Of a stretch of 64,000 nt of DNA, positions 36,020 to 48,600 are shown piece by piece. Each line of letters opens with the position of its first letter. Position 1 is the stretch's first letter. Where the stretch lies: the NCBI GenBank assembly GCA_024679065.1, contig JAGIQG010000009.1, positions 81,840,001 to 81,904,000 on the forward strand, read 5' to 3'. The notes beneath the pieces were generated by a model. It ran no database searches and was not told the DNA's origin. It worked only from the letters and a program-made list of their open reading frames with translations. This DNA is from Sphyrna mokarran (Eukaryota). The position numbers and the translations under genes are program-made.

Positions 36020-39000
36020 GAGAGCTAAGAGGGGACATGAGAAGACTTTGGCTGATAGCTTTAGGATTCTCCTTAATCCTTTCTTTAGATATGTTAAGAG
36101 TAGAAGATTGGTTAGGGCAAGATTAGGGCCAGTCATAGACAGCAGTGGGAAGTTGTGCGTGGAGCCTGAAGAGATTGGAGAGGCACTGAATAAATATTTC
36201 TCTTCGGTATTCACGCAGGGAGATGTAAATGTAGTTGTGGAGAACACTGAGGTACAGGGTTGCAAACTGGAAAGTATTGAAGTAGATGGGGAGGATGTGC
36301 TAGATATTCTTGAGGGTTTGAAGTTGGATAAGTCCCCTGGGCCGGACGGGATTTACCCTAGGATTCTCTGGGAGGCAAGAGAGGCGATTGCAGAGCCTCT
36401 GGCTCTGATCTTCAGGTCGTCGTTGGTTACGGGTATGGTTCCGGAAGACTGGAGGATAGCGAATGTGGTCCCATTGTTCAAGAAGGGGAAGAGAGACCTT
36501 CCAGGGAATTATAGGCCAGTGAGTCTTACTTCTGTTGTGGGCAAAGTATTGGAGAGAATTATTAGGGATAGGATTTATAGTTATTTAGAGAGAAATGAAT
36601 TGATTGGGGATAGTCAGCATGGTTTTGTGAAGGGTAGGTCGTGCCTTACTAACCTTATTGAGTTTTTTGAAAAAGTGACCAAAGAGGTGGATGGGGGTAA
36701 GGCAGTTGATGTGGTATATATGGACTTTAGTAAGGCGTTTGATAAGGTGGCCCATGGAAGACTTCTGCAGAAAATGCAGATGTATGGGATAGAGGGTGAT
36801 TTAGCTAATTGGATTAGGAATTGGCTAGCAGATAGAAGACAGAGGGTGGTGGTTGATGGGAGATATTCATCGTGGAGTTCGGTGACAAGTGGTGTACCTC
36901 AGGGGTCTGTTTTGGGGCCCCTGCTGTTTGTAATTTTTATAAATGATCTGGATGAGGGTATTGAAGGATGGATTAGTAAATTTGCAGATGACACTAAAGT
37001 CGGTGGAGTGGTAGATAGTGAAGAGGGGTGTTATAGTTTGCAGAGAGACTTGGACAAGTTGCAGAGCTGGGCCGAGAGGTGGCAAATGGAGTTTAATGTG
37101 GAAAAGTGTGAGGTAATGCACTTTGGCAGGAATAATAAATGTGTAGAGTATAGGGCTAATGGTAGGATTCTTAATAGTGTTGATGAACAGAGGGATCTTG
37201 GTGTATTTGTGCATAGATCCCTGAAGGTAAGCAGTCAAGTCGATAAGGTTGTTAAGAAGGCATACGGAGTCTTAGCTTTTATTGGTAGGGGGATTGAATT
37301 TCAGGACCGCAACGTATGTTGCAACTGTACAAAACTCTAGTGCGGCCGCGCTTGGAGTATTGTGTGCAGTTCTGATCCCCACATTAGAACATAGAACATA
37401 AAACATAGAACACTACAGCACAAACAGGCCCTTCGGCCCACAAGTTGTGCCGAACACATCAAAACCTACCCAGCCATAGACCTATCTATAACCCCAATCC
37501 CATTGGATCCCATATACTCATCCAGAAGTCTTTTAAAAGACCCCAGCGAGTTCGCCTCGACCACCACCGACGGCAGCCGATTCCATTCACTCACCACCCT
37601 CTGAGTGAAAAACTTTCCCCTAGCATCCCCTCTGTACTTGCTTCCCTGCACCTTAAATCTGTGCCCTCTCGTCGCGACCATTTCAGCCCTGGGAAATAGT
37701 CTCTGAGAGTCCACCCTATCTATTCCTCTCAACATCTTGTAAACCTCTATCAGGTCGCCTCTCAACCTTCGTCTCTCCAGGGAGAACAGTCCCAGCTCCC
37801 TCAACCTGTCTTCATAAGGCATGCCTCCCAATCCAGGCAACATCCTTGTAAATCTCCTCTGCACCCTTTCAATAGCTTCCACGTCCTTCCTATAGTGAGG
37901 CGACCAGAACTGCGCACAGTACTCCAAGTGTGGTCTGACAAGGGTCCTATAAAGCTGCAGCATTACCTCCTGACTCCTGAACTCAATCCCTCGATGAATG
38001 AAGGCCAGTACACCGTAAGCTTTCTTAACCACATCCTCCACCTGGGAGGCCGATTTGAGAGTCTTATGGACCCGGACCCCAAGATCCCTCTGCTCTTCCA
38101 CACAGCTAAGACTCCTACCTTTGATAGTGTACTCATTCATCCCGTTGGATCTGCCAAAATGGACCACAACACATTTATCCGCGTTGAAGTCCATCTGCCA
38201 CTTCTCCGCCCAGTCTTGCATCCTGTCGATGTCATGCTGCAACTTCTAACATCCCTCCAGACCATCCACAACACCACCGACCTTCGTGTCATCGGCGAAC
38301 TTACTCACCCATCCCTCTACCTCCTCATCCAGGTCATTTATGAAAATGACAAACAGCAAGGGTCCTAGAACAGATCCTGGGGCACTCCACTGGTGACCGA
38401 CCTCCATGCAGAAAAAAGAGCCATCCACAACCACCCTCTGCCTTCTGCAGGCAAGCCAGTTCTGGATCCACAAGGCCAAGGCCCCTTGGATCCCATGCCC
38501 TCTCACCTTCTCAAGAAGTCTTGCATGGGGGACCTTGTCAAATGCCTTGCTGAAGTCCATGTACACCACGTCCACTGCTCTTCCTTCGTCAATGTGTTCA
38601 GTCACATTTTCGAAGAACTCAATTAAGCTCGTAAGGCACGACCTGTCTTTTACAAAACCATGCTGACTATTTCTAATCAACCTAAACTTCTCCAAATGCT
38701 CGTAAATCTTGTCCCTCAGAAGCCTCTTCAGTATAAGAAAGATGTGGAGGCATTGGAGAGGGTACAGAGGAGGTTTACTAGGATGTTGCCTGGTATGGAG
38801 GGCAGGTCTTATGAAGAGAGGCTGAGGGATTTGAGGTTGTTTTCGTTAGAAAGGAGGCTGCTAAGAGGGGACCTAATCGAAACATATAAGATGATTAGAG
38901 GTTTAGATAGGGTGGACAGTGATAGCCTTTTTCCTAGGATGGAGAACGCTAGCACGAGGGGACACAGCTTTAAATTAAGGGGTATGAGTTATAGGACGGA

Positions 39001-39229
39001 TATCAGAGGTAGGTTCTTTACTCAAAGAGTGATTAGGGAGTGGAATGCCCTCCTGCAGCTGTTGTAGATGCGCCAAGTTTGGTGGCGTTTAAGAGGTTAG
39101 TTGATAAGTTTATGGAAGAGAAGGGAATGGTTTATTTTGGAGGGTCATTGCTTTTTTCATAATTGGTCGGCGCAACATCGAAGGCCGAAGGGCCTGTTCT
39201 GCGCTGTAATGTTCTATGTTCTATGTTCT
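36020..39229 (+). mobile_element. Young 5'-truncated CR1 with a long open RT domain, interrupted at 37387-38730
   Basis: 430-aa ORF 36048..37340 with all RT motifs (QGSVLGPLLF, FADD); resumes at 38732; (ctatgtt)n tail; aaatg on both flanks. Confidence 0.93.
37387..38730 (-). mobile_element. Young CR1 inserted antisense into the preceding CR1
   Basis: ORFs 38246..38695 and 37466..38242 ([25 protein letters not shown]); reversed tail gaacatagaacata at 37387. Confidence 0.93.
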
Positions 39230-42214
39230 AAATGTGGAGGAGGAAATGGCAAAGTAGATTATGGATAGGTGCGGAGGTCACAGGGTAGTTATCATGAGTG
39301 ACTTTAACTTTCCAAATATTGACTGGAACCTTTATAGGTCGAATAGTTTGGATGGCACACTTTTTATACAGTGTGTGCAGGAGAGTTTCCTGACACAATA
39401 TGTGGATAAGCCGACAAGAAGTGGGGTCACATTGGACTTGGTACTGGGTAATGAACTGGCTGAAGTGTTAGATTTGTTTGTGGGAAAGCACTTTGGAGAT
39501 AGTGACCACAATTTAGTGTCCTTTATTATTGTAATGGAAAGGGATAGAGTCACACTACAGGTTTATAATAGGGGCAGAGGTAATTATGATGCAATATGGC
39601 AAGAATTAGGGAGCATAAGATGGGAACAGAAACTGTCAGGTATGGGCACAAAGGAAAAGTGGAGCTTTTTTCAAGGAACAAGTACTGCGTGTCCTTGATA
39701 AGTATGACCCTGGCGGACAGGGAGGAAATGGCTGAGTGAGGGAATCATGGTTCACGAAGGAGGTTGAATGTCTTATTAAGGAAAAAGGAAGTGTATGAAA
39801 GGATGAAAAATCAAGATTCAGTTGGGTTGCTTGAGGGTTACAAAGAACCTAAGAAAAAAAGGGCTTAGAAGAGCTAGGAGGGGGAATGAGAAGTCCTTGG
39901 CAGGTCGGATAAAGGAAAGCCCCAAAGCTTTTTACTCTTATGTGAGAAATAAAAGAATGACCAGGGTGAGGTTAGGGCCAGTCAAGGATAATAGTGGGAA
40001 CTTGTACATGGAGTCAGAAGAGATAGATGAGGTGTTGAATGAATACTTTTCTTCTGTGTTCACGAAGGAGAGGGGCCATGTTTTTGAGCATGTGTTGTGA
40101 TGATAGGATGATAGGATGGAGGAGGTAGATGTTCTGAGGGAAGATGTATTTGCAATTTTGAAAAACCCGAGGGTCGATAAGTCCCCTGGGCCAGATGGGA
40201 TACATCCTAGGATAATTTGGGAGCCAAGGGATGAGATTGCAAAGACTTTAGCTTTGATCTTTGGGTCTTCACATGCTAGAGTTTGTGCCAGAGGACTGAA
40301 GAGTGGTGAATGTTGTTCCTCTCTTCAAGAAAGGAAATAGGAATGACCCTGGTAATTATAGGCCAGTTAGTCTTACTTTGTTGGTCGGTAAGTTAATGGA
40401 AAGGGTCCTAAGAGATAGGATTTATGACCATTTGGAAAGATGCAGTTTAATCCAGGATAGTCAGCATGGTTTTCATGAGGGGTAAGTCCTGCCTCACAAA
40501 TTTGATTGAATTCTTCGAGGAGGTAACTAAGTGTGTGGACGAAGGTAGAGCTGTTGATGTTGTATACATGGATTTTAGTAATGCATTTGATAAGGTTCCC
40601 TATGGTAGGCTCACGAAAAAGATAAAGGTCTGTGAGAAAGAAGGAAATTTGGCCGAATGGATAAGTAACTGGCTGTCTCATAGAAGACAGAGGGTGGTGG
40701 TGGAAGGAAAATTTTCAGACTGGAGGCCAATTACCACTGGTGTACCAAAGGGGTCAGTGTTGAGTCCTCTGCTATTTGTAATTTTTATCAATGACTTAGA
40801 AGAGGGGGCTGAAGGCTGGGTTAGTAAATTTGCTAATGTCACCAAGATTGGTGGAGTAGTGGATGAGTAGTGACCAGAACTGAACCCAATATTCCAAATG
40901 TGGTCTCACCAAAGTCTGGTTTAATTGCAGCATAACCCCATGGCTCTTAAACTCAAACCACTGTTAATAAACGCTAACACGTATAAGATTTCTTCACGGC
41001 TCTATCCACTTGAGTGGCACCCTTCAGAGATCTGTGGATCTGAACCCCAAAATCTCTCTGTTCCTCCACACTCCTCAGAATCCTGCCATTGACCCTATAA
41101 TCTGCATTTGAGTTTGTCCTATCAAAATGAATCACCTTGCATTTATCAGGATTAAACTCCATCTGTCACTTTTCGGCCCAGCTCTGCATCCTGTCAATGT
41201 CTCTTTGCAGTTTGCAAGAGCTCTCTACCTCATCCACTACTCCACCAATCTTGGTGACATTAGCAAATTTACTAACCCACCCTTCAACCCACCTTCTAAG
41301 TCATTGATAAAAATTATCATAGATAGATCATAGATGAGGTGGCAAGCTCTTGCAAGCTGCAAAGAGACATTGACAGGATGCAGAGCTGGGCTGAAAAGTG
41401 ACAGATGGAGTTTAATCCTGATAAATGCGAGCTGATTCATTTTGATAGGACAAACTCAAATGCAGATTATAGGGTCAATGGCAGGGTTCTGAGGAGTGTG
41501 GAGGAACAGAGAGATTTTGGGGTTCAGATCCACAGATCTCTGAAGGGTGCCACTCAAGTGGATAGAGCCGTGAAGAAATCTTATATGTGTTAGCGTTTAT
41601 TAACAGGGGTTTGAGTTTAAGAGCCGTGGGGTTATGCTGCGATTATACCAGACATTGGTGAGACCACATTTGGAATATTGTGTTCAGTTCTGGTCACTTC
41701 ATGTAAGAAGGATATGGAAGCATTGGAGAGAGTCCAGAGGAGATATACCAGGATGCTGCCTGGTTTGGAGGATAAGACTTATGGGGAAAGGTTGAGGGAG
41801 CTGGGGCTTTTCTCTTTGGAGTGGAGGAGGATGACAGGCAACTTAATAGAGGTTTATAAGATGATGATGGGGATAACATGGCAAGTTCTGCTCTGGAATG
41901 TTCTGCCAGAAATTGATTCAATGGCTACTTTCTGAAGGGACTGAAATAAATATTCCAAATACGAAAGGTTGCTGGACATTGGAAAAGATATCAGGGATTG
42001 GGACTAATTGGACAGTTCCCAATGAATGAGGAGCTTCCTCTTTGTTGTAGAATTCTTGAAACTCAAATCCCATCATAGCAACTGATAAAATTTCAATTCA
42101 ATTAATAAATCTGGAATTGAAAGATAGTTTCAGTAATAACCATGAAATTATCACTGATTTTAATAATCTTATACAATCGTAGAAAATAGGAGCAGGAATA
42201 GGCTTTAAGCCCTT

Positions 42215-42622
42215 TGTGGTAACAGAGTGGTTAGCACTGGTAGAGGTGGGAACATCAGGGCGGCGGCACGGGCTCGCTGGGCCGAAGAGCCTGTTTCCCG
42301 TGCTGTTTTGTTCTTTGTTCACTGCTGCTTCACAGCTCCAGGGACCTGGGTTCGATTCGTGAGTTGGGTCACTGTGGTGTGGAGTTTGCACATTCTTCTC
42401 GTGCCTGTGTGGGTTTCCTCTGAGTGCTCCACTTTCCTCCCACAGTCCAAAGATGTGCAGGGTAGGTTGATTGACCATGCTAAAAATTGCCCCTTAGATT
42501 CCTGACATGCATAGGTTAGAGGGATTAGCAGGTAAATATGTTGGGATATGGGGGTGGGATTGTGGTCAGTGCAGACTCGATGGGCTAAATGACCTCTTTC
42601 TGCACTGTAGGCTTTCTATGAT
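42215..42622 (+). mobile_element. HE1-like SINE containing a short LINE-3'-end insertion (42240-42320)
   Basis: gtggttagcactg[insert ending ttgttctttgtt]cactgctgcttcacagctccagggacctgggttcgatt. Confidence 0.8.
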
Positions 42623-43574
42623 TATGAAACCTGCTCTACTATTCAATATGATTGTGGCTAATCCTCTCTCTCAAGATTCTACTCCCACGCTCTCTCTGTA
42701 CTCCTTAACACCTTTAGAGTCTAGACATCTGTATTTCTTACTTAAATATATTCAGTGACTTGCCTCCACAGTTTTCTGTCATACAGAATTCCATAGATAC
42801 ACCACTGTCTGAGTGAAGAAATTTCTCCTCATCTCAGTTTGTAAGTATTTAGATGTGCACTTGTGATGCCAAGGAACACATTGCCCTTTAGGGAAGGAAA
42901 TCTGCCACCCTTACATGGTCTGGCCTACATGTGACTCCAAAGACATGGCAATGTGGTTAACTCTTAACTGCCCTCTGAAATGGCTAAGTGAGATCCATCT
43001 GAGATGGGCAACAAATGCTGGCTCTGCCAGCAATACTCTCATCCCATGAAAGAATAAAGCAAAACAAAAGCTAAATCAAGAAATAAAGCAGGAATGTAGG
43101 GCTGGCTTATAATATCCCAATATATAGATTCTTCCAGTTATTAGGTAAATGAGGAAACAGGAAGACAAACAGCTGAATCCTTCCACTATTAAAATGGTTT
43201 ACACAATATTAGATTAACCCTTCTGGAAAATGCTGAGCTTTCCATGAAAGAGGCTGAGAATACCAACTATCTGGTTAAGGAGGCTACCAGAGAGTTGGTT
43301 AGGAGGTTAGGGATGGTCAGTGGCTAGCGATGCCCACATCTTGTGAACCAGGAAATAAGAAAAAGCTGTAGCTAAACATGGCCAGTTCAATAAATCATTG
43401 CTAGTTTGTCTCTGAATTCCATCTAGCTGCCTTGGTTCCAGATCACCAAAGATTATTACCCAATGAAAGCCTAAATCTCAGTCTAGAAAGCTCATTTTTC
43501 ACCCCATCATTCTCCACATTCAAAGAGCCATCCTCTGCCATTTCTACATGATAAGATCATGAAACACATCTCTT

Positions 43575-44355
43575 CATAGGATATAGATGTAGGAGACGGG
43601 AGGCTTGGGCACAGAAATGGCAAATGGAGTTTGATCCAGAGAAATGCAAGGTGATGCATTTTGGAGGATCAAATTTAGGTGTGAATTAGACTGTAAATGG
43701 TAGAACCCTTAAGAACATTAACATACACAGGGATCTGAGGGTGCAGGTACACAATTCTTTAAAAGTGGCAACACAGATGGCCAAGGTAGTTAAGGAGGCA
43801 AATGGCATGTTTGCCTTCATCAGCTGGGGCATTGAGTACAAGAGTTGGGAAATCATGCTGCAGCTATATAAAGCCTTGGTTAGGCCACATTTGGAGTATT
43901 GTTTTGGTTATCACACTAATTGGAAAGACATAGAAGTTTTGCAGAGAGTGCAAAGAAGATTCACCAGGATGTTGCCTGGTCTCAAGAATGTTGGCTATGA
44001 GGAGAGGTTGAATAAACTAGTGTTGTTTTCACTGGAAAGACGGAAGGTGAGGGGAGACCGGATAGAGGTCTACAAAATTAGAAAAGGCACAGACAGGATG
44101 GATAATCAGAGGTTATTCCAATGTTGGAAGTGTCAATGACAACGGACATAGGTTCAAAGTGACAGGTGGAAAGTTTAAGGAAGATGTGTAGGTGAACCTT
44201 TTCATATAGAGATTGGTGGATACCTGGAATGTATTGCCAGAGGAGATGATGAAAGCAGGAACATCTGGATGATAGATGAATAGGGAGAAAATATAGGGAT
44301 ATAGACTGAGTAAGACAAAAGGGTTTTTTCGTACTTTAGTTACTTTTAGGGCATC
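43575..44355 (+). mobile_element. Degenerate CR1 3' fragment
   Basis: ORF 43741..44139 [13 protein letters not shown]...[10 protein letters not shown]. Confidence 0.85.
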
Positions 44356-46350
44356 ATGTACAACACGACATCATTTGCACTCTCAAGGCCAATGACAACA
44401 TTGTCATCAAACCAGCAGACAGAAGAGGGGTCACCATCATACTGAACAGAAGGGATTACTGCAAAGTAGAGTACCAAAAAGTGAACAACCAGGAACATTA
44501 CAGGCAGTTACCCGCCGATCCCACCAAAGAACACATCCGCCAATTCAACAGATTGATTAAAACCTTTGATCCAGAACTTTAGAGCACCCTCCATGCTTTC
44601 ATCCCACTTTGGAGATCTCTACTGCCTCCCGAATTTATACAAGGCCAAAACGTCTGGCCGTCAATTTGTTTCAGGCAATGGGACCTGTGTGAGAACCTCT
44701 CCGGTTATGTCGAGGGTATCCTGAAACCCATTGTACAAAGAACCCCCAGCTTCTGTCGCGACACTAGAGACTTCCTACAGAAACTCAACATCCATGGAGC
44801 AGTTGAGACAGGAACACCCCTCGCTATAATGGACATCTTAGCACTTTACACCAGCATCTCCCACAACAACGTCATTGCTGCATTACTCAATGCAGACAAC
44901 TGCCAATCTCCAAATGCAATTTTACAACTCACCCATTCAACCTGGACCACAATATCTTCATCTTCAATGACCAGATCTTCATCCAGAGACATGAACAGCC
45001 ATATGGATCAAATTCACACCTCAATATGCCAACATCTTCGTGCACAAGTTCGAACAAGACCTCTTCACTGCATAGGACTTTCAACCGATGCTATACACTA
45101 GATACATCAATGACATTTTCTTCCTTCGGGCTCACAGCGAACAATCACTGGAACAACTACATAATGACATCAACCAGTTCCATCCCACCATCAGACTCAC
45201 CATGGACTACTCTCCAGAATCAGTTGCATTCTTAGACACATGCATCTCCATCAGAGGCGGTCACCTCAGTGTTTCAATGTACCACAAACCTATGGATAAC
45301 CTCATGGTGCTCTACTTCTCTAACTTCCACCCTAAACATATTAAAGAAATCAACCCCTACAGACAAGCCCTCTGCATACACAGGATCTCTCAGATGAGGA
45401 GGAACGTAACAGACACCAACAGATGCTGAAAAGCACCCTCACAAGAGCAGGATATGGCGCTTGACTCATCGATTGACATGCCACAGCAAAAAACTGCACT
45501 GACCTTCTCAGATGATAAACACGTGATATGGCCAAGAGGGTACCCTTCATCGTCCAGTACTTCCCTGGAATGGAGAAGCAACGACATCATCTTCAGAGCC
45601 TTCAACATGTCATCAATGAAGATGAACATCTCGCTAAGGCCATCCCCACACCCCTACTTCTTGCCTTCAAACAACTGTACAACCTCAAACAGACCAGGGT
45701 CCGCAGCAAACTACCCAGCTTTCAGGAGAACAGTGACCATGGTACCACACAACGCTGCCACAGCAGCCTCTGCAAGACATGCCGGATCATCGACACGGAT
45801 GCCATCATTTCAGATGGGAATACCATCCATCAGGTATACAGTACATACTCATGCAACTCGGCCAATGTTATCTACCTGATACACTGCAAGAAAAGAATGT
45901 CACAAGGCAAGGTACATCAATCAGGCCATGTAGATGCTGCAACCACGGATGAATGGACAACACTTGACAATCACCAGGCAGAGTGTTGCCTTCTTATTGG
46001 GGACCACTTCAGCAGTCAAGGGCATTCAGCTTCCAATCTTGGTGTAAGTGTTCTCCAAGACGGCCTTCGATGCATATGACAACGCAGAATTGCTGAGCAG
46101 AAACTGATAGCCAAGTTTCACATGAGGACAGCCTCATCTGGGATCTTGGATTCATGTCACCCTACCTGTAATCCCCATGATTTGCCTGAGAATTTTGATT
46201 TCACCTGGTTGAAAGGTGTAGTCCGACAAGTTGACAATGGACTTCTCTGCATTGGTACTGTTTTCTCCTGTGGTACAGGCGGGGGAGGGGAGGCTTAGTT
46301 GCTGCTGCTGCTGCTGATGATGCCAAGTTTCTCCAGCATCCTGTTCTTGG
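44356..46350 (+). mobile_element. Penelope-like element (RT + GIY-YIG endonuclease), degenerate, with an inverted 5' fragment at its 3' end
   Basis: IVIKPADR, MDILALYTSISH, YTRYINDIFF, VAFLDT, CHSSLCKTC, YSCNSANVIYLIHCKK; IVNLSDYTF on the - strand at ~46200-46250. Confidence 0.85.
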
Positions 46351-46369
46351 GTGAGCATGTAGATGATTT

Positions 46370-47860
46370 AATTAATTTGATTTGATTAATTGTCACATGT
46401 ATTAGCAAACAGAGAAAACTTTTGTTTCTTGCAAGCTATACATACAAAGCATACTGTTCATAGAGAAGGGAAAAGTGCAGAATGTAATGTCACTGTCATA
46501 GCTAGGATGGAGAGAAACATTAAGTTAATGCAAGATCGGTCCATTCAAAAGTCTGACAGCAACAGGGAAAAAGCTGTTCTTGAGTAGGTTGGTATGTGAC
46601 TTCAGACTTTTGTATCTTTTTCCTGACAGAAGAAGGTGGAAGAGAGAATGTCCAGGGTGCCTGGGGTCCTTAATTATGCTGGCTGTTTTGTTGAGACAGC
46701 AGGAAATGTAGATAGAGTCAAAGATGGGAGGCTGGCTTTCATAATGGATTGGGCTACATTCACAACCTTTTGTAGTTTCTTGCTGTCTTGGGCAGAGCAG
46801 GAGCCATACCAAGCTGTGATACAACCAGAAAGAATGTATTCTACAGTACATCTGTAAAAGTTGGTGAAAGTTGGAGTTGACATGCCAAATTTCCTTAGTC
46901 TTTCGAGAAAGTGGAGACGTTGGTGGGCTTGGGGGGAAGCAGGACAGCTTGTAGGTGAATTGGACACCTAAAAGCTTGAAGTTTTTGACCCTTTCTACTT
47001 CCTTTCCACTGACGTAGACACTTCTCCTCTATGTTTCCTGAAGTTAACAATAAGCTCCTTTGTTTTGTTGACATTGAAGGAGGGATTATTGCTGCTGCAC
47101 CAACTCACCAGATTCTTTATCTCATTCCAGTACTCTGTTTCAACATTGTTTGAGACCCACTATGGTGGGGTCATCAGCAAACTTGAAAATCGAATTGGAG
47201 GGGAATTTGTCACAGTTGTATAAGGAGTTTAATAGGGGGCTGAGAACACAGCTCTGTAGGACATTGGTGTCGAGGATGATCATGGAGCAGGTGTTGCTGC
47301 CTATTCTTACTGATTGTGGTCTGTGAGTTAGGAAGTTCAGGATCCAGTTGCACAGGGAGGAGCCGAGGCCCAGGCCACAGAGTTTGGAGAATAAGAGCCT
47401 TGAAGGCTGAGCTGTAGTCAATAAATAGAGATCTGACATAGGTGTTATTGTCATCTAGGTGTTCCAGGATTTAGTGCAGGGCCAGGGAGATGGCGTCTGA
47501 TGTGGACCTGTTGCAGTGGTAGATGAAGTGTAGTGGATCCAGGTAGTCCAAGAGGCTGGAATTGATTTGTGCCATGACTAGCCTTTTGAGCACTTCATAA
47601 TGATGGATGTGAGAGCCACCGGATGATAGTCATTGAGGCACGCTTCTTGGTTTTTCTTAGGCATTGGGATAATGGCCATCTTTTTAAAACATATAGAGAC
47701 CTCATATTGTTGTACAGAGAGGTTGAATATGTCTGTGAATACCTCTTCCACCAAGATCTGAGTGTTCATCCAGGCACCCCATCTGGTGCCACACCAGTCA
47801 CTTGCCACAAGTTGACTTTCATGAAAGCTGCTCTGACATCTGCCGTTGTCTTGTCTGCTT
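46370..47860 (-). mobile_element. Rex1/Babar-clade LINE, 3' half
   Basis: [76 protein letters not shown]. Confidence 0.85.
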
Positions 47861-47864
47861 GGTG

Positions 47865-48600
47865 ATGTTTCTCAGCTGGTCTGAGCGCAAGTTGAGAATA
47901 TGGACTTTTCTGGTAAGCGTTCTCCAAGGTGATCTTCAAGACACACAACAACGGAGAATCTCCGAGCAGAAGCTGATAACCAAATTCCACACATGAGGAC
48001 TGTCTTAACTGGGATCTTGGGTTCATGTCACACTATCTGTAACCCCTATGACTTGCAAAATCTTACTAACTGTCCTGGCTGGAAACTATTCACACCTCTT
48101 TAACCTGTGCTTAATCCTCTCTCCACTCGCATTGCTTGTAAAGATTTGATGACCTGTTAAGACTCACATTCCAACCATCATCTTCCAATTGAGTCTATGT
48201 CTGTATATGGCCTGTTTGTGAGCCCAACTCTCCACTCACCTGAAGAAGCAGCGGTGCTACCAAATAAACCTGTTGGACTTTAATCTAGTCTTGTGAGACT
48301 TCTTACTACAATATCAGAAGGTGCACTACCAGCCCCTTTATCTCCTCCCTTCTCACCATTCAAGACCCCAAGCATTCCTTTCAGGTTAAGCGGCATTTCA
48401 CTTGTTTTGATTTGTTGTATTCATTATCACCCCTAATGTGGTCTCCTCTACATTGGGGAGATTAAACACAGTCTGGGTGACTGTATCGTGGAACACCTTT
48501 GCTCAGTGACCCAAACCTTCTTGTTGCAGCAATTTTAACTCAGCATCTTGTTCTCATGCCCCATGTCTGTCCTCGTCCTGCTGCAATGCCCCCATGAAAC
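47865..48600 (+). mobile_element. Penelope-like 3' fragments
   Basis: 47910-48030 resembles 46045-46160; GLLYIGE (GIY-YIG) at ~48440; cacctgaagaag...aataaacctgttggact terminal motif. Confidence 0.65.

Larger units (their letters stand above)
35550..41880 (+). mobile_element. Older CR1 LINE (endonuclease + RT), split by nested insertions at 36020-39229 and carrying an inverted duplication at 40871-41320
   Basis: VIYRPPN before 36020 continues as VVIMSDFNFPNIDW...LDLVLGN...GDSDHN after 39230; RT ORFs 40303..40870. Confidence 0.85.
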
